Assembly: GCF_006345805.1 (NCBI RefSeq)
Contig: NC_043013.1
Span: forward strand, 36,642,001-36,706,000
Length of the DNA: 64,000 bases
Direction of reading: 5' to 3'
Source of the DNA: Octopus sinensis
Taxonomy: Eukaryota
Shown in pieces: positions 1 to 12,629 of the stretch. The notes under the pieces were generated by a model. That model was not told the DNA's origin, made no database searches, and saw only the letters and a list, made by a program, of their open reading frames with translations. Both the position numbers and the translations under genes were made by a program. How positions within the stretch are numbered: the first letter of the stretch is position 1; every line of letters begins with the position of its first letter.

Positions 1-505
1 TGAAGAAGTGGCTGGTTGGTTAGGAGGAATCGTGGGAGGAGTTAGCAAAGGATAAAATAATTTTGGGTGGAGGGAGGAAGAGACAGAGTGAGAAAGAAAA
101 CAGAGAGAGAGAGAGAGGGGGTGGGAGGTGATGAAGGGAGAGGGGAAAAATTGGAAGTACTTGAGAGAGAAAGGGGTGAAAGAGAGGTAAAAGGGGTGGG
201 GAAAGGATGAGGGAGAGGTGAGAGAATTAAAGATCAATTTTAGGAAAGGCCTGAAAGGTTGAAAAGTGGAAAGGGAAGTTAGCGGGGTGGGATGAAATGA
301 GATAAATTTGATGACACGGATAATGAGTGAGGGCAGTGAGAGAGAGGGAGAGAACCAGAGGGATTGAGGGGAGAGAGAGAGAGAGAGAGGGGAGAAGGAA
401 AGAATAGAAGAGAGTGAGAAGAAGGGAAAGTGAGGAGGTGTTGGTGGAAGAAAGGGTGGAGAAAGAAATGAAAGAATTAGAAGGAAAGTGTGATGCTAGA
501 ATTAG
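1..505. repeat. Purine-rich (GA/GGA) low-complexity tract
   Basis: Almost entirely G/A on + strand, with (GA)n runs and G-tracts. Confidence 0.85.
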
Positions 506-518
506 TATAGTTATGAAA

Positions 519-809
519 GACAGACAGACAGACAGACAGATAGATAGATAGATAGATAGATAGGTAGATATATGGATGGATGGACAGAGGGATAGATGGG
601 TGGGTGGGAGGATGGATGGACAGATAGATGTATAGTTAGATAGATAGATAGATAGATAGATAGTTAGATAGATAGACAGATAGATGGATGGATGGATGGA
701 TGGATGGATGGGTGGGAGGGAGGGTGGATGGATGGATGAATAGATGGGTAGATGGACAGAGAGATAATCAGATAAATGGGTAGATAGATAGATAGATAGA
801 TAGACAGAC

Positions 810-876
<67 letters not shown>

Positions 877-1047
877 CAGATAGATAGGTAAGTAGGTGGA
901 TAGATAGATAGATAGATAGTTAGATAGATAGATAGATAGATAGATAGACAGACAGATAGATAGATAGATATATAGATAGATAGATAGAATAGATAGATAG
1001 ATAGAATAGATAGATAGATAGACAGACAGATAGATAGATAGACAGAC

Positions 1048-1078
<31 letters not shown>

Positions 1079-2208
1079 CAGATAGATAGGTAAGTAGGTG
1101 GATAGATAGATAGATAGATGATAGATAGATAGATAGTTAGATAGATAGATAGAATAGATAGATAGATAGGTAGATATATGGATGGATGGACAGATAGATG
1201 TATAGTTAGATAGATAGACAGATAGATAGATAGAATAGATAGATAGATAGATAGAATAGATAGATAGATAGACAGACAGATAGATAGATAGACAGGCAGA
1301 CAGACAGACAGATAGATAGATAGATAGATAGACAGATAGATAGATAGATAGAATAGATAGATAGATAGAATAGATAGATAGATATATAGATAGATAGATA
1401 GATAGGTAGATATATGGATGGATGGACAGATAGATGTATAGTTAGATAGATAGATAGATGATAGATAGATAGATAGTTAGATAGATAGATAGAATAGATA
1501 GATAGATAGATAGTTAGATAGATAGATAGTTAGATAGATAGATAGTTAGATAGATAGATAGGTAGATATATGGATGGATGGACAGAGGGATAGATGGGTG
1601 GGTGGGAGGATGGATGGACAGATAGATGTATAGTTAGATAGATAGACAGACAGATAGATAGATAGATAGGTAGATATATGGATGGATGGACAGATAGATG
1701 TATAGTTAGATAGATAGATAGAATAGATAGATAGATAGACAGATAGATAGGTAAGTAGGTGGATAGATAGATAGATAGTTAGATAGATAGATAGATAGTT
1801 AGATAGATAGACAGATAGATAGGTAAGTAGGTGGATAGATAGATAGATAGACAGACAGATAGATAGATAGATATATAGATAGATAGATAGATGATAGATA
1901 GATAGACAGGCAGACAGACAGACAGACAGACAGACAGATAGATAGATAGATAGATAGACAGGCAGACAGACAGACAGACAGATAGATAGATAGATAGTTA
2001 GATAGATAGATAGGTAGATATATGGATGGATGGACAGATAGATGTATAGTTAGATAGATAGACAGATAGATAGGTAAGTAGGTGGATAGATAGATAGATA
2101 GATATATAGATAGATAGATAGGTAGATATATGGATGGATGGACAGATAGATGTATAGTTAGATAGATAGATAGAATAGATAGATAGATAGTTAGATAGAT
2201 AGATAGAA
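519..2208. repeat. Compound (GATA)n/(GACA)n/(GATG)n tetranucleotide array of about 1.7 kb with higher-order blocks
   Basis: Continuous tagatagata array with recurring variant cassettes ggtagatatatggatggatggacagatagatgtatagtta and ggtaagtaggtgg. Confidence 0.97.
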
Positions 2209-2307
2209 TGATCAGCTGATTTAGTTTAATGACTGAATGACTGATTGAGAAATTGTTTTATTATTTCAGTTTTCATTGATATTGTCTACTTCAGCATGTC
2301 TTTTGAT

Positions 2308-2523
2308 ATTCTTTTCTACTCTAGGCACAAGGCCCGAAATTTTGGGGGAGGGCACAGTCAATTAGATCAACCCCAGTACACAACTGGTACTTAATTTGTC
2401 AACCCTGAAAGGATGAAAGGTAAAGTCTACCTCAGTAGAATTTGAACTCAGAATGTAAAGACAGATGAAATACTGCTAAGCATTTTGCCTGGCATGCTAA
2501 CGTTTCTGCCGGCTCACCGCCTT
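2308..2523 (-). mobile_element. tRNA-derived SINE family A, copy 1
   Basis: Minus strand begins ggcggtgagccggcagaaacgttagc (A-box-like), then gagttcaaattc (B-box-like) and cctttcatcctttcaggg; near-identical copies recur throughout the window. Confidence 0.9.
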
Positions 2524-2531
2524 TAAAATTA

Positions 2532-2745
2532 ATCTTTTGTACTCTAGGCCCAAGGCCCGAAAATTTTGGAAAAGGGGCCAGTCGATTAGATCAACCCCAG
2601 TATGCAACTAGAACTTAATTTATCGACCCCGAAAGGATGAGAGGCAAAGTCGACCTCGGCAGAATTTGAACTCAGAACGTAAAGACAGATGAAATACCGC
2701 TAAGTATTTCACCCAGCGTGCTAACGATTCTGCCAGCTCACCACC
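2532..2745 (-). mobile_element. SINE family A, copy 2 (head-to-tail with copy 1)
   Basis: Same consensus (cgaccccgaaaggatga..gtcgacctcggcagaatttgaactcagaacg on + strand). Confidence 0.9.
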
Positions 2746-2799
2746 ATATTGTCTCCTGATATTGTCTACTTCAGTCTCTTGCTGTCTCACTCTGATTCT

Positions 2800-2836
<37 letters not shown>

Positions 2837-3199
2837 ACTCTCCCTCAGATCTTATATTTTCTCACTATCCTTTTCTCTCTTTACTTTGGGACTCATACTT
2901 TCTCTTTCATCTCTTCTTGCTATCTGCGTGTGTCAGTGTGTGTATATGCATACATGCATACATATATATTAATATATATATGTATGTGTGTATGTGCGTG
3001 TGTATACATGTATGCATGCGTGTGTGAATATATAAGAATACATATTGTTCCTAAGGAAGATCTCAAATGAAACAAGATATCTTCTGTTAGATACAAGACA
3101 AGTTGACACTAGCTCACACACACACAAAAATATATCATATTGCATATCCAATGCATCACACTTAACTTATTTGTCTCTACCTCTGAAGATCTTGCAAAT

Positions 3200-3415
3200 T
3201 TAATAACCAATACCAAACCATATGTCAAAGCACCATGTCAAACTGTGGTGTTAAATCAATGTCAAACCACCATGTCAAATAACGATGTCAAACTAATATC
3301 AAGGCACCATGTCAAACTATGGTGTTAAACCAATGTCAAATCATCATGTCAAACTATACTGTTAAACCAATGTCAAACTATCATGTCAAATGATGATGCT
3401 AAACCAATGTCAAAT
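3200..3415. repeat. Degenerate minisatellite built on ATGTCAAA (about 36-bp higher-order unit)
   Basis: About a dozen atgtcaaa motifs, unit approx. ccatgtcaaactatggtgttaaaccaatgtcaaac. Confidence 0.8.
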
Positions 3416-4052
3416 TCTTCGGCAGCAATCACAATCTCTAAAAGAATCACTTTCTTCTTTATGAAAACTTTTATGAGCTTTCTGACTATCTAGAAAGTGC
3501 AGCAGGAATACACTCTGAGATTTTATTCTGTGGGAACATGTCAAAAGTCCTTAGTCCACAGAATTACCAATGTCTTATTTTCTTATAACCATGCTGTTAA
3601 AACCTCAAGGAACTTAGTTCTTATTGTGAGGATCTGATCGAAAACTTAGCAATTAAAAAACGCAGAAAACTTTTCAAATATAAACAAGAGCACCCAGAGA
3701 GTGCAAACCTCTACCAAGGCAACACCAACGTCCTCTCAACGATTAGCCAGAGATGTTTTTTAAAATGAGAATATCTGAAATAAACTCGATTGCTCTCACA
3801 AATCAGAATGCTAAAAAGAACCTGACTGCTCTTAAAAATTAAAAAAACAGGAAAAAATAATCCAGAATCCTTGTCTGGTACCTAATAGATCCCAAAAAGC
3901 TAATCAGTTCATGCCAGTCATGGGGCCAAACATCCCTGAAAGTTTCATTCGAATCCATCCAGTGGATAGTGCTTTTTATGTGCCACTGGCACAGGAGTCA
4001 GTCATAACAAAATTTTTATTTTCTTTTTGTCTTTGGTCAGTAGGTGTCATTT

Positions 4053-4464
4053 CCTAGAAATCAAAGGAAACGACTATTCCCTTCAAACTTTGCTTTTGGC
4101 CTGGATGTGAATGTTTTGAAACTGACCCATTTTCTATTACATTTCAGATAGATTCAGCACTGAGTTGCTGAAGCAGAAATATCGTTATAGCAAATATTCT
4201 GCTCATTACCACAGATTCACTTGTTGCCTTTGGTTAGTAAATGTTATTTCTGATTTGTTCAATACCTCAGTTTTATCTGTCAGTTGCTTGACCTTAATCC
4301 CTTCAGCATGTCCCTTAGTGGCTGACAATATGTGCACCTCTGATTATAAGCAGGAATAGTGAGGGAGAATCATAGCCATGTGTTGTGAGGAATTCTTTGG
4401 GGTTTGAATAAATGTAACAAAAGCAGTTTGAAGGAAACATTAGTCATTCTTCATACTTTCTAGG
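4053..4464. mobile_element. Putative MITE-like element with imperfect ~46-bp terminal inverted repeats
   Basis: 4053-4098 (cctagaaa..gacta..ccttcaaac..gcttttg) is the approximate reverse complement of 4418-4464. Confidence 0.45.
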
Positions 4465-5326
4465 GGTAAGCAAATAGGGGATAACATTTGCTGTCCAAGG
4501 ACAAAAATCGTGTTACACTGTATAGTCAATGAGTAAAACATAAATTTAAGGAATTTTCTCTTTCTGTGCGGTCTGATGCCAAACAATCTGCAGCACAGTG
4601 CTGGTCTGCAGCATGGTAGTTAAGAGCCCCTGTTCTAGAGAACTATTATCCTTTTTAGGGAACAATAAAATAAAGTACTAATCAAGTATTGGGTTGATTT
4701 AACCATCCATATTTGCCCTCACCTCAAATTCATGGCCTTATGCTTATGCAACGAACAATTATTTTCTCTGAAAGAAACCAGCAGTGGCGTGTTGAAAATA
4801 GTTTGTGCATATCTGCAGATGCATGCATGACTAGATCGTGCATCTGCATGTCTACTTGCATATATATACATACGAATACATGTGTGCAAGTATGTGCATA
4901 TATCTGCATGTATGTGCAGGCATCTAGTTGCATAAGCGTGTATTGAATAGGTAGGTGGATGTTTGTGGATTTGATTGAGATGCAGAGGCTGACATAGTCT
5001 ACTTAGCCTTAAATATGTCATGCAACAGACGAGATCAATAATGCACCAGTGTGCACCGTCTGCACAATATGCCAGTCTGCTTGAACTGGTATGAGCATCT
5101 ACACACACGTGTGTGTGTGTATTGTTATGTGTACTGTTTATATGTACATACATATACAGGCGTTCATGGATGTTAAACAATGATGATGATGAGGAGGATG
5201 ATATATGCATATATATATATATGTATATATATATATATGCATGTATCTGTATGTAAATACACAGACATTTAAGTACATGTATGCATATATATATATATAT
5301 CATCATCATCATCATCGTTTAGCGTC

Positions 5327-5385
<59 letters not shown>

Positions 5386-6218
5386 ATATATATATATGTA
5401 AATACACAGACATTTAAGTACATGTATGCATATATATATATATATACATATATATACACACATACCTATATATATACACACACACATATATATGTACAAA
5501 AACACACATATATGTATGTATATATTATTTGTGTTTAATTATATTTATATATATACGTGTGTGTGTGTGTATGTATATATGCATATATACACACACACAT
5601 ACACACACATATACACATATACATATGTACATAAATACATATATATATGAATGGGTATATGCATATCTGTATATACATCTACAGAAAGAGAGGTAGACAG
5701 ACAGACAGACAAAGAAGAGATTCTGTTAAGTGTCAGTTACTATATAATAGATGCAACCTGAAACAAATTGGTTCATATAATGACAGCAAGTGGTATTTGC
5801 GCTGGTATGGATGGTGGTGGTAGTGTTGGTGATGATGGTGGTGGTGGTGGTGGTGGTGGTAGTGGTGATGGTGGTGGGGGGTAATAGAAGAGGAACGGTA
5901 ATAGTAAATTTATATAGGGGTTGCATTAAATCATAGTGTGCTATTCAGTAGTGTTGGTGTTGGGGGTAGTGGTGGTGGTAGTGGTACTGGTGGTGGTAGT
6001 GGTGGTGGTGGTGGTGGTGGTGATGGCAGCAGTTGCATCAATACTGTCTGACATGGTATTGCTGGTCTTGTTTTTGTTGCTGATATTAATGTTGCAGTTA
6101 GTGGTGGCGGTAGTGTTGGTGGTGGTGGTGGTGTTGTAGTTAATGTTAACATTGTTGTTGTTGTTCTTACTGGTATTGGTTTGGTAGTGTTGGTTGGTAG
6201 TAGAGTTGTGAGTTATGG

Positions 6219-6269
<51 letters not shown>

Positions 6270-6297
6270 ATGACGATGATGATGGTGGATAATAATA

Positions 6298-6468
6298 ATC
6301 CTTTCTACGATAGGCACAAGGCCTGAAATTGGTGATTATTTCAATAACTTTGAAAGGATGAAATGCAAAGTTGACCTCAGGGGAATTTCAACTCAGAACA
6401 TAAATGCAGATGAAATGCTGCTAAGCATTTTGCCTGGCATGCTAATGATTCTGCCAATTTGCTGCCTT
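6298..6468 (-). mobile_element. SINE family A copy with internal deletion, flanked by TAA repeats
   Basis: ggcacaaggcctgaaatt...gaaaggatgaaatgcaaagttgacctc...gcattttgcctggcatgctaatgattctgcc. Confidence 0.85.
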
Positions 6469-6472
6469 AATA

Positions 6473-6520
<48 letters not shown>

Positions 6521-6522
<2 letters not shown>

Positions 6523-9321
6523 GCAAGAAGAAACCATCAAACAAAAGGTATCTGCCAAAGCTGCCGCATAGCGAGGTATGAAAAGCGTGTTAGATTTTTC
6601 AAGGACAACACATGTTCAAAATAACACCAAGAATTTTTACAGGAAGATAGGAAAAACAGCGTTTACTGCAGGGTCTGTACCATCAAAAGAAGAAGTGCAG
6701 AGATTTTGGAATAAAATCTGGGCAGAAGAAAAAACACACAACGAAAAGGCCCCCTGGATTGACAGAATATCTACAGAACTGGACTCCTTAGAAGAGCAAA
6801 AGTGGGAGGGTGTCAAGGTAGAAGATATAAGATTAATCTGCTCTCAGGAGGTCAAGCAATGGAAGTCTCCAGGAAAGGATAAAATTCCTAACTTCTGGCT
6901 GAATGCCTTCCCAGGAGCCATGAACTGCTAACAGAACTGTACAATGATGTTTTGCAACACCCTAGTAGGATGCCTCCTTGGCTAGTTAATGGGTTAACAT
7001 CCTGCTTCCAAAAAGTGAAGAAAAAAATGAACCAAAAAACTATAGACCCATAACCTGCTTAACAACTATGTACAAACACTAACATCTGTCCTGACGGAAT
7101 ATACCTATAGTTTTTTAACAGACAGCAGCATATTCCCTAATGAACAGAAAGGATGTAAACGTGGATCCTACGGCTGTAAAGACCAACTACTCATCAATAA
7201 GATGATCTTAGAAGATTGTCACAAACGACACAAAAACTTATCAATAGCCTGGATAGACTATAAAAGGCTTTTGATAGCCTACCACATAGCTGGATTAGGA
7301 AATGCCTTGAAATGTATAAGATAGCACCAACTCTGCGAAACTTCTTGACTGTAAGTATGAGATCATGGAGAACCACACTAACTCTGAACAGTGACAGTGA
7401 ATCCCTAAATGCTGGTGATGTAAAAATTTCGTGTGGCATTTTCCAGGGTGACTCACTGTCACCACTCCTCTTTGGTATACCTTAATACCTCTCTCAAAGC
7501 TGCCCAATGACGCGCAGTACAGGTATAAAATGTTTGATAATAAAAAATAAATCATCTCGTTTACATGGATGATTTAAAGCTTTTTGCAAAAATGATCAAA
7601 ACTCAAGGGCTTACTAGCGATAGTCAAACAATTCAGTGACGACATCAGAATGCAATTCGGCCTCGATAAATGTGCAAAGGCTACCTTTATCAAAGGAAAA
7701 ATGACAGAAACATCTAACGTTAACCTTGACCAACAGAATGTCATAAAAGAACTAGACCCAGCGGAGAGCTACAAGTACCTAGGGGTAATTGAAGGGAACG
7801 GAATAAGGCATTCAGATGAAGGAAAGGATCAGGAGAGAATGCTATCGAAGAGTGAGAGCAATACTCAAGACAGAGCTGAATGCAAGAAACAGGATCGAAG
7901 CAATCAATGCATTAGCTATACCAGTCGTGACTTACAGTTTCATATTGTTAACTGGTCAATTACTGAAATATGTCAGCTCGACAGAAAAATAAGGAAACTG
8001 TTGACAATGCATAGAATGCACCACCCTAAGGCAGATACAGAACGACTCTATCTGCCAAGAAAAGAGGGAGGCCATGGTCTTTTGCAACTGGCAATAACAA
8101 TGAGATTGCTACATTGGCCTAGACACCTACCTGAAAAACTCTGAGGATTGGATGCTAAAACTTGTCTCAAAACATGAAAACAAGAAAGCATCATACTCAG
8201 TCACAAAACAGCAAAGGAATATCTAAGTGAATTCCGAACACAACCAATTTCGGAATTAGAGATAGATATACAAGAAACAAGCACAGAAAAAGCTAGGCGC
8301 ATGAAAACCCGTGCCAAAACTGCGGCCTTAGATATTCTGAATAATAATGGCAAGAAAAACCTCTCTATGGCAAATACCCAAAGAGAGCGAATAATGCAGA
8401 TATCGACAAAGCCCTGACCCATCAATGGCTAATGGCCTCTGGCTTAAAATCTGAAACAGAGGGGTTTATCATAGCAGCTCAAGATCAATGCCTACCAACA
8501 AGAAACTACCAGGCCAACGTATTAAAGATCAGAAGCAGTCCAACGTGTCGTGTATGCAAGCAACAAAATGAAACCATTGACCATGTGGTCTCCAAGTGCA
8601 GTCTTCTAGCGCCTACAGAGTATCTCAACAGGCACGATAGAGCTGCACAATATATTCACTGGGTAATCTGTAAAAACCTGGATTTGCCCCATGAAAAAAC
8701 TGGTGGGAACACAAACACCCCCCAGTGCTTGAAAATGACCACATCTCACTCCTCTGGAACTTCACCATTCAAACTGACAGGAAGATAGATGCAAATAGGC
8801 CAGACATCATATTGAAAGACTTCAAACAAAGAACATGCCTCCTCATTGATATGACTGTCCCAATCGATATAAACGTATATCTCAAGACCTACCAAAAACT
8901 GAGCAAATATAAAGATCTTGAATAGAAATCAGCAAAATGTGGAAGCTGAAGACTAAAACAATACCTGTTGTCATAGGTGCCCTGGGAATGATAGCAAAAG
9001 GGGCTGATAGCTACCTAACTCAGATACCAGGAAACCCCAAAATGGCAGAAGTTCAAAAGATAGTGCTCATGGGAACTGCTCATATCCTACGCAAAATACT
9101 CTCTATGTAATCTCAAGGTTTAAAACAAACATAATTTTCGGTTTAAAAAAAAAAAAAAAAAAAACTTTTTTTTTTTAGACATTCATTAGTACAACATCCC
9201 CACCCCCCAAATATATGGCACACTAGGCATAACAACAACATGAACTTCCAACCCTGTTGTCTCTTGAGGTCTCTGGGTGAGATTGGAGCCAACTTGTACA
9301 AATATAAAGCAAAAGTCAAAC

Positions 9322-9325
<4 letters not shown>
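6521..9325 (+). mobile_element. 5'-truncated, frameshifted R4/Dong-clade non-LTR retrotransposon (RT, CCHC zinc knuckle, RLE, 3'UTR, (TAA)n tail)
   Basis: Translated fragments: QKGCKRGSYGCKDQLLINK, AWIDY, GIFQGDSLSP, YMDDLKLF (codons near 7562), QFGLDKCA, CRVCKQQNETIDHVVSKC, ANRPDII..LLIDMTVP..KLSKYKDL; ORF stop about 9110. Flanked by (TAA)n at 6471-6520 and 9323-9380. Multiple stops and frameshifts. Confidence 0.93.
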
Positions 9326-9367
<42 letters not shown>

Positions 9368-9544
9368 CATGATAATAATAAAGAATGGATAGTATGATAC
9401 CACAGGCTGCAGGTAGCAAGCCCGCTATGCATGTAAGGCTCCAAGAACTCCAACAAAACACATGATAAAGAGAAATAATAATAATAATAATAATAATAAC
9501 AATAATGATTATTATTATTATCATTATTGTTATCATTACCATTT

Positions 9545-10850
9545 ATTGACTTTGCACAGTTTCTGACGCTGGAGATGTACTACAGTGCCAGCTGTTCCCT
9601 ACCAGTGAACTAAGGTAACACCCATAATTTTTCGAGCACCATCCGGAGTATTCGAGCGGTTCCATGCAGTGCTGTTTTCAGCAAGTGCTCCACCCTTATT
9701 GCAGCCCCTTTTTGTTCCATGTACTTCTCAAAATTTTTACTCACTGTTCCCAGGGCTCTGACAATTATTGGTACTACTACCACCTTTTTCAGTGACCACA
9801 ACTGCTTAACCTCCCAAGCTAACCTGTTATATCTATCAACATTTTTTTCTTCCTTATTGCATACCTTGTAGTCAGTTGGGCACGCTATATTTATGATCCA
9901 GCATAGTTTGCTTTCTTTTTCAATTAACACTATGTCTGGTTTCCTATTCTCTATATCATGGTTGCACTGAATTATAAAATCCCATAGGATCTTTGTATTA
10001 TCATTTTCGATAATGCCTTCAGGTTTATGTTCATACCACTTTTTGCTCTGTCAAGTTCATACTTGTTACAAAGTGTCCAATGGACAAGCCTTGCTATATT
10101 GTCATGACATCTCTTATATTCCTTCTGGGCTAGAGGTATACATTGACTGGTAATATGCCATACGGTTTCACCATTTTGTCCACAAATTCTGCACTTATCA
10201 CTTTCTGATGTGTTGTCTATTCTGTATTTGATGTAATTGATTCTTAATGCTTGCTCTTGGGCAGCACAGATTTGAGCCTCCATTTTGGGTTTTAAATCAC
10301 TTTTAGTCATCCATAGCCATCTTTTTTCTCTGTCTGTCTTATCTTCAGCATCCCTATGAAATTGTCCATGCATTCTTTTCTTTGTCCACCAATCTTCAAT
10401 TTCATTCACTCTTAAGTGCTTCATCTTTGCAAACTTTCATCCTTCAAAAGCCTGACCTTCTTATTTCCAGTAATAGTGGTTCTGTGGTATTCTTTACATA
10501 GCATGCTATGTTGTTTTCTTCTGCTCTAATGCTGTGTTCACATCCAATCAGTCCTCTTCCCCCTCTTTTTCATTGTACATACAGTCTATCTATGTCACTT
10601 TTTAGATGAAGTATCCCATATCGAGTCAGCAACCTCCTTGTCTTGCTGTTTAAGCTGTTTTGTTTGCAATTACCTCTGCTCCATATCTAATTAGTGAAAC
10701 CACCCAGTTGTTGATAGCTTCAATCTGATCCTGTCCATTTAATTTTGACTTAAGGATCAGTCTCAGACTGTGCAAGAACTCTGCCTTAAATTTTTCTGTC
10801 ATTTCTTTCTCCATCAATTTATCCATTTCCAAAATGTTCAGCATAGTAGC
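9545..10850 (-). mobile_element. Second R4/Dong-type family, 5'-truncated copy (post-RT, CCHC, RLE)
   Basis: ORF track: LILKSKLNGQDQIEAINNWVVSLIRYG; CRICGQNGETVWHITSQCIPLAQKEYKRCHD; VVVVPIIVRALG..TALHGTARILRMVL. TAA-like tail at about 9510-9545. Confidence 0.9.
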
Positions 10851-11483
10851 AGCAGTGTTGATAACCACAAAGGAGAGTATATCCACTGAGAACTTTTTGG
10901 TGCATTCAAAAATCACATACCCACCATCCACATTTCTATGATAAGGTTAGGGCCTGGAATCTTCCAAGCAGACGCATGACATATCACTTGGTCGAATTAG
11001 CCCTTCATTTATTCCACAAATGTTGTGTTGTCAATGCTGCAATGAATAAAATGATAGGAAAATATCATCAAATTTATACAAAACTGTTTGATTGAATATT
11101 CTTCTTCTTTTCCTTTTCTTTTTTCTTTCTTTTTCTTTATTCTCTTTTTTTCTTTCTTTTTCTTTTTGCCAGTTGTAAACTTGAAATTTGAAGACTCATG
11201 ATGTCATTCCATCAATGTGGGGACACTGGTTGCTCTTGTTAATATATTGGATTTGAATTTATATAATTTTGAATTTTTATCACTTCTCATTTTGAACTCC
11301 TCAAAGACACACTAGCTGTCAAAATATCATGCAACCAATGAAATATCGATTGAAATTGCATCGCGCTCTTCACATTGTCAATTTACCTTTGTGAAGAGTT
11401 ACATCAATCCTTTTAAGATATTTTGATTATTACATCATACGTAAGCAAACATAGGTTTGTTTTTGAAGCATTGAAATGTATTG

Positions 11484-11681
11484 TAGAACAAATAGAAAGA
11501 TATATTTTTTCAACACGTGAATACTGAACAGTATATATAAAGGATAGAATGCTTTTAAGAGCAGAAAAATTTGCCAGCTACCAGCCAGTTACTAGCAAAT
11601 TTTTCTGCTCTAAAATGGATTTTATCCTTTATATACACTGTTCAGTTTTTACATGTTGAAAAAATATTTTTCTACTTGTTC

Positions 11682-11683
<2 letters not shown>
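11484..11683. mobile_element. Fold-back (palindromic) MITE-like element with ~90-bp arms and TA ends
   Basis: tagaacaaatagaaaga...gagcagaaaaatttgc is an imperfect reverse complement of gcaaatttttctgctc...tttctacttgttcta, separated by a short spacer. Confidence 0.85.
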
Positions 11684-11725
<42 letters not shown>

Positions 11726-11729
11726 GAAA

Positions 11730-12060
11730 ACTCATAGCATGTTTTGCTGATGGGAAGTGTAAGCTGTCCACAGCCAGTAGACTAAGGTAACACCTGCTTA
11801 CTGGTCATGCTTCAAGAACCCTGCAATGAATTCTTGCAGTTCCAAGCAATGCTTTTTTTTATAGGCATTCTACCTTCACACTTGCACCAATCTTTTTCAG
11901 CCATGTTGGTAGTTGAGTGCTGATGCTTCCAAATGCATCAGTTACTATTGGTATCACGTCTACTCTCTTCATTGACCTCAACCTTCATAGTTCCCACTTC
12001 AAAGTTATTTATTTTCTCTTTTGCAATCTTTTGCAATCGTTTTGATATTAAGATAGAAAA
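11730..12060 (-). mobile_element. R4/Dong-type 3' end fragment (C-terminus of RLE plus 3'UTR)
   Basis: Minus-strand translation resembles VDVIPIV..FGSIS..WLKKIG..ALLGTARI..VLEA*; (TAA)n tail at 11683-11722. Confidence 0.75.
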
Positions 12061-12169
12061 AAATTGACCCTGTTTGCAAAACATTCTGGACTTGGGTTTG
12101 CACCCCTAAGCAGATTCCGTTCCCACACTTATTGTTCATGTCTTACCTAAGTACTTTTTGGAGTATTGT

Positions 12170-12405
12170 AGGCTTAGTGATTAGGGTGATGGACTCATGA
12201 TCATCAGATAGTGGTTTCAATTCCAGGACCAGGCAATGCATTGTATTCTTGAGCAAAACATTTCATTTCACATTGTTCCAGTCCACTCAGCTGACAAAAA
12301 TGAGTAACCCTGCGATGGACCAGCACCCCATCCAGGTGGGGAATACATATGCCCTTGAGACCGGGAAACTGGCCCTTATGGGTTGGCATGACTTGAGAAG
12401 ATATC
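12170..12405 (+). mobile_element. tRNA-headed SINE family D (single diverged copy)
   Basis: ggcttagtgattagg (A-box-like), ggtttcaattcc (B-box-like), cttgagcaaaacattt, gtaaccctgcgatggaccagcaccccatccagg. Confidence 0.65.
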
Positions 12406-12629
12406 CTTATCTGTTTTTTTTTATTGTTATTGGTGTGGTTATTGTTACTGCTGTTGTTGTTTCAGCTTCTGGTCAGCCCATGGTCAAAAGCATTCCAGCT
12501 GTAATAAGCTCATCTTTTTCTTAGGTGCAGCAAAATCAGTGCTTTTGTTTTTGGGGATGTATTTTTGAAAAAAAAAAGGTGAGTTGCTTTTGCATGGAAG
12601 CTCATCTTTTCCTCTATTTGTTTGGATTC

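Noticed and set aside
3200-3415. CRISPR-like array
   Set aside because: Eukaryotic context, no unique spacers and no cas genes.
4826-4850. tgactagatc resembling the miR-279 family 5' end
   Set aside because: Only about 10 nt match, and the local inverted repeat (tgcagatgca/tgcatctgca) does not place it in a pre-miRNA arm.
6578-8925. LINE ORF fragments as functional CDS
   Set aside because: Broken by many frameshifts and stops and 5'-truncated; annotated as a decayed mobile element.
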